The notes under the pieces were generated by a model, which ran no database searches, was not told the DNA's origin, and saw nothing but the letters and a program-made list of their open reading frames with translations. From positions 1 to 37,973 of IMG/VR virus record IMGVR_UViG_3300017902_000170: a stretch of DNA of 37,973 nucleotides, one strand, 5' to 3'. Each line of letters starts with the position of its first letter. Within the stretch, counting starts at the first letter, position 1. The stretch comes from a virus. Its lineage: Duplodnaviria > Caudoviricetes. This document shows positions 37,784-37,973 of this stretch, piece after piece. Both the position numbers and the translations under genes were made by a program.

Positions 37784-37870
37784 ATGGACAGAAATTAAAT
37801 TGGCACAAAGGCCTAATTTTTTGCTTATTTCTTAATGTTTCCTTCATGTGCCAATAATTAAATCGGCACA
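37784..37870. repeat. 24-bp imperfect palindromes, copies 2 and 3 (37784-37807 ATGGACAGAAATTAAATTGGCACA; 37847-37870 TGTGCCAATAATTAAATCGGCACA)
   Basis: Consensus TGTGCCAAT-N6-ATTGGCACA; intergenic, upstream of an early promoter. Confidence 0.7.
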
Positions 37871-37892
37871 CTATAAGGAAATTTAACTAAAT

Positions 37893-37973
37893 TTACCTAT
37901 AATATAAACTGCCGCCTGTCCAAGTTGCTTTAGCAGGATCCAGCGCTGCTTCTCTCTCTTTGATAATTCTAAA
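37893..37973 (-). CDS. Partial (3' end) hypothetical protein ...FRIIKEREAALDPAKATWTGGSLYYR
   Basis: Open frame from the right edge to TAA at 37893; W.GG.LY C-terminus. Confidence 0.6.
   Translation of the reverse strand, partial: FRIIKEREAALDPAKATWTGGSLYYR

Noticed and set aside
1-37973. tRNA, rRNA or known riboswitch
   Set aside because: No cloverleaf or recognisable conserved RNA motif was seen in the few intergenic gaps; a covariance-model search was not possible.

Overview
A segment of an AT-rich T4-like cyanomyovirus (P-SSM2-like marine cyanophage; a Prochlorococcus or Synechococcus host is inferred). Every credible gene is on the minus strand. Reading in the direction of transcription (right to left), the window opens with small early genes carrying sigma70-type promoters and a repeated 24-bp palindrome (37973-36600). 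An A-tract non-coding element follows, then small hypotheticals, two paralogous 2OG-Fe(II) oxygenases and a GT2-like glycosyltransferase (36400-32300). The late baseplate module has (T/G)ATAAATA or CTAAATA promoters and runs gp25, gp6, an apparently split gp7 (3005 aa + 340 aa insert gene + 3000 aa), gp8, a 2506-aa DUF4815/VrlC-like protein and small structural genes. Three unexplained signals stand out. (1) Context-dependent site avoidance: I found no CCGG and no GGWCC, and CCWGG only when it overlaps a GC dinucleotide, which suggests a GC-context DNA modification or a nuclease interplay. (2) A recursively nested ('Russian-doll') repeat architecture in the 3000-aa protein. (3) Fission of gp7 in the middle of a domain by a promoter-bearing cassette whose leader duplicates the gp8 leader. 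All counts were made by eye and no database searches were run.
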